Positions 15,757 to 15,764 of a DNA stretch of 15,764 bases are shown here, piece by piece. The stretch comes from an uncultured bacterium (lineage in GTDB: Bacteria; Macinerneyibacteriota; Macinerneyibacteria; Macinerneyibacteriales; DSCS01), in NCBI GenBank assembly GCA_964548195.1, contig CAZJQC010000028.1, forward strand, positions 1-15,764, written 5' to 3'. Positions within the stretch are counted from its first letter, which is position 1; every line of letters begins with the position of its first letter. Position numbers and translations under genes: made by a program. The notes below the pieces were generated by a model that worked only from the letters and a program-made list of their open reading frames with translations, ran no database searches and was not told the DNA's origin.

Positions 15757-15764
15757 AAGGAGGT
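15757..15764 (+). promoter_or_regulatory. Shine-Dalgarno of a divergent gene starting just outside the window
   Basis: The window ends in AAGGAGGT. Confidence 0.55.

Overview
Bacterial chromosomal window with a housekeeping gene followed by an accessory region rich in envelope genes. From left to right it holds: a 3'-truncated miaB (missed by the ORF track); a DUF2971-like remnant; a secreted protein with two Lcl/DUF1566 domains and EF-hands; two tandem paralogous winged-helix genes followed by an internally deleted nucleotidyltransferase (a decayed toxin-antitoxin-like module); an Fe-S aldo/keto reductase; three paralogous beta-propeller lipoproteins plus a remnant of a fourth; a GyrI-like remnant; an orphan hybrid sensor kinase; a GNAT; a membrane-anchored hypothetical protein; and a small secreted Cys-pair peptide upstream of a secreted propeller protein. 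The non-coding signals read from the sequence are the most notable part. (i) A modular palindrome family (ACC-N9-GGT boxes, paired at 21-bp spacing) occurs four times between 1615 and 4056. (ii) A shared ECF-sigma-like promoter motif (TGAAAC-N16/17-WGTC) precedes all three lipoprotein paralogs. (iii) A G10 tract lies in the -35/-10 spacer of the peptide-propeller operon, suggesting phase variation. (iv) A hairpin sits between the SD and start codon of the propeller gene. Family calls come from motif recognition by eye; no searches were run.
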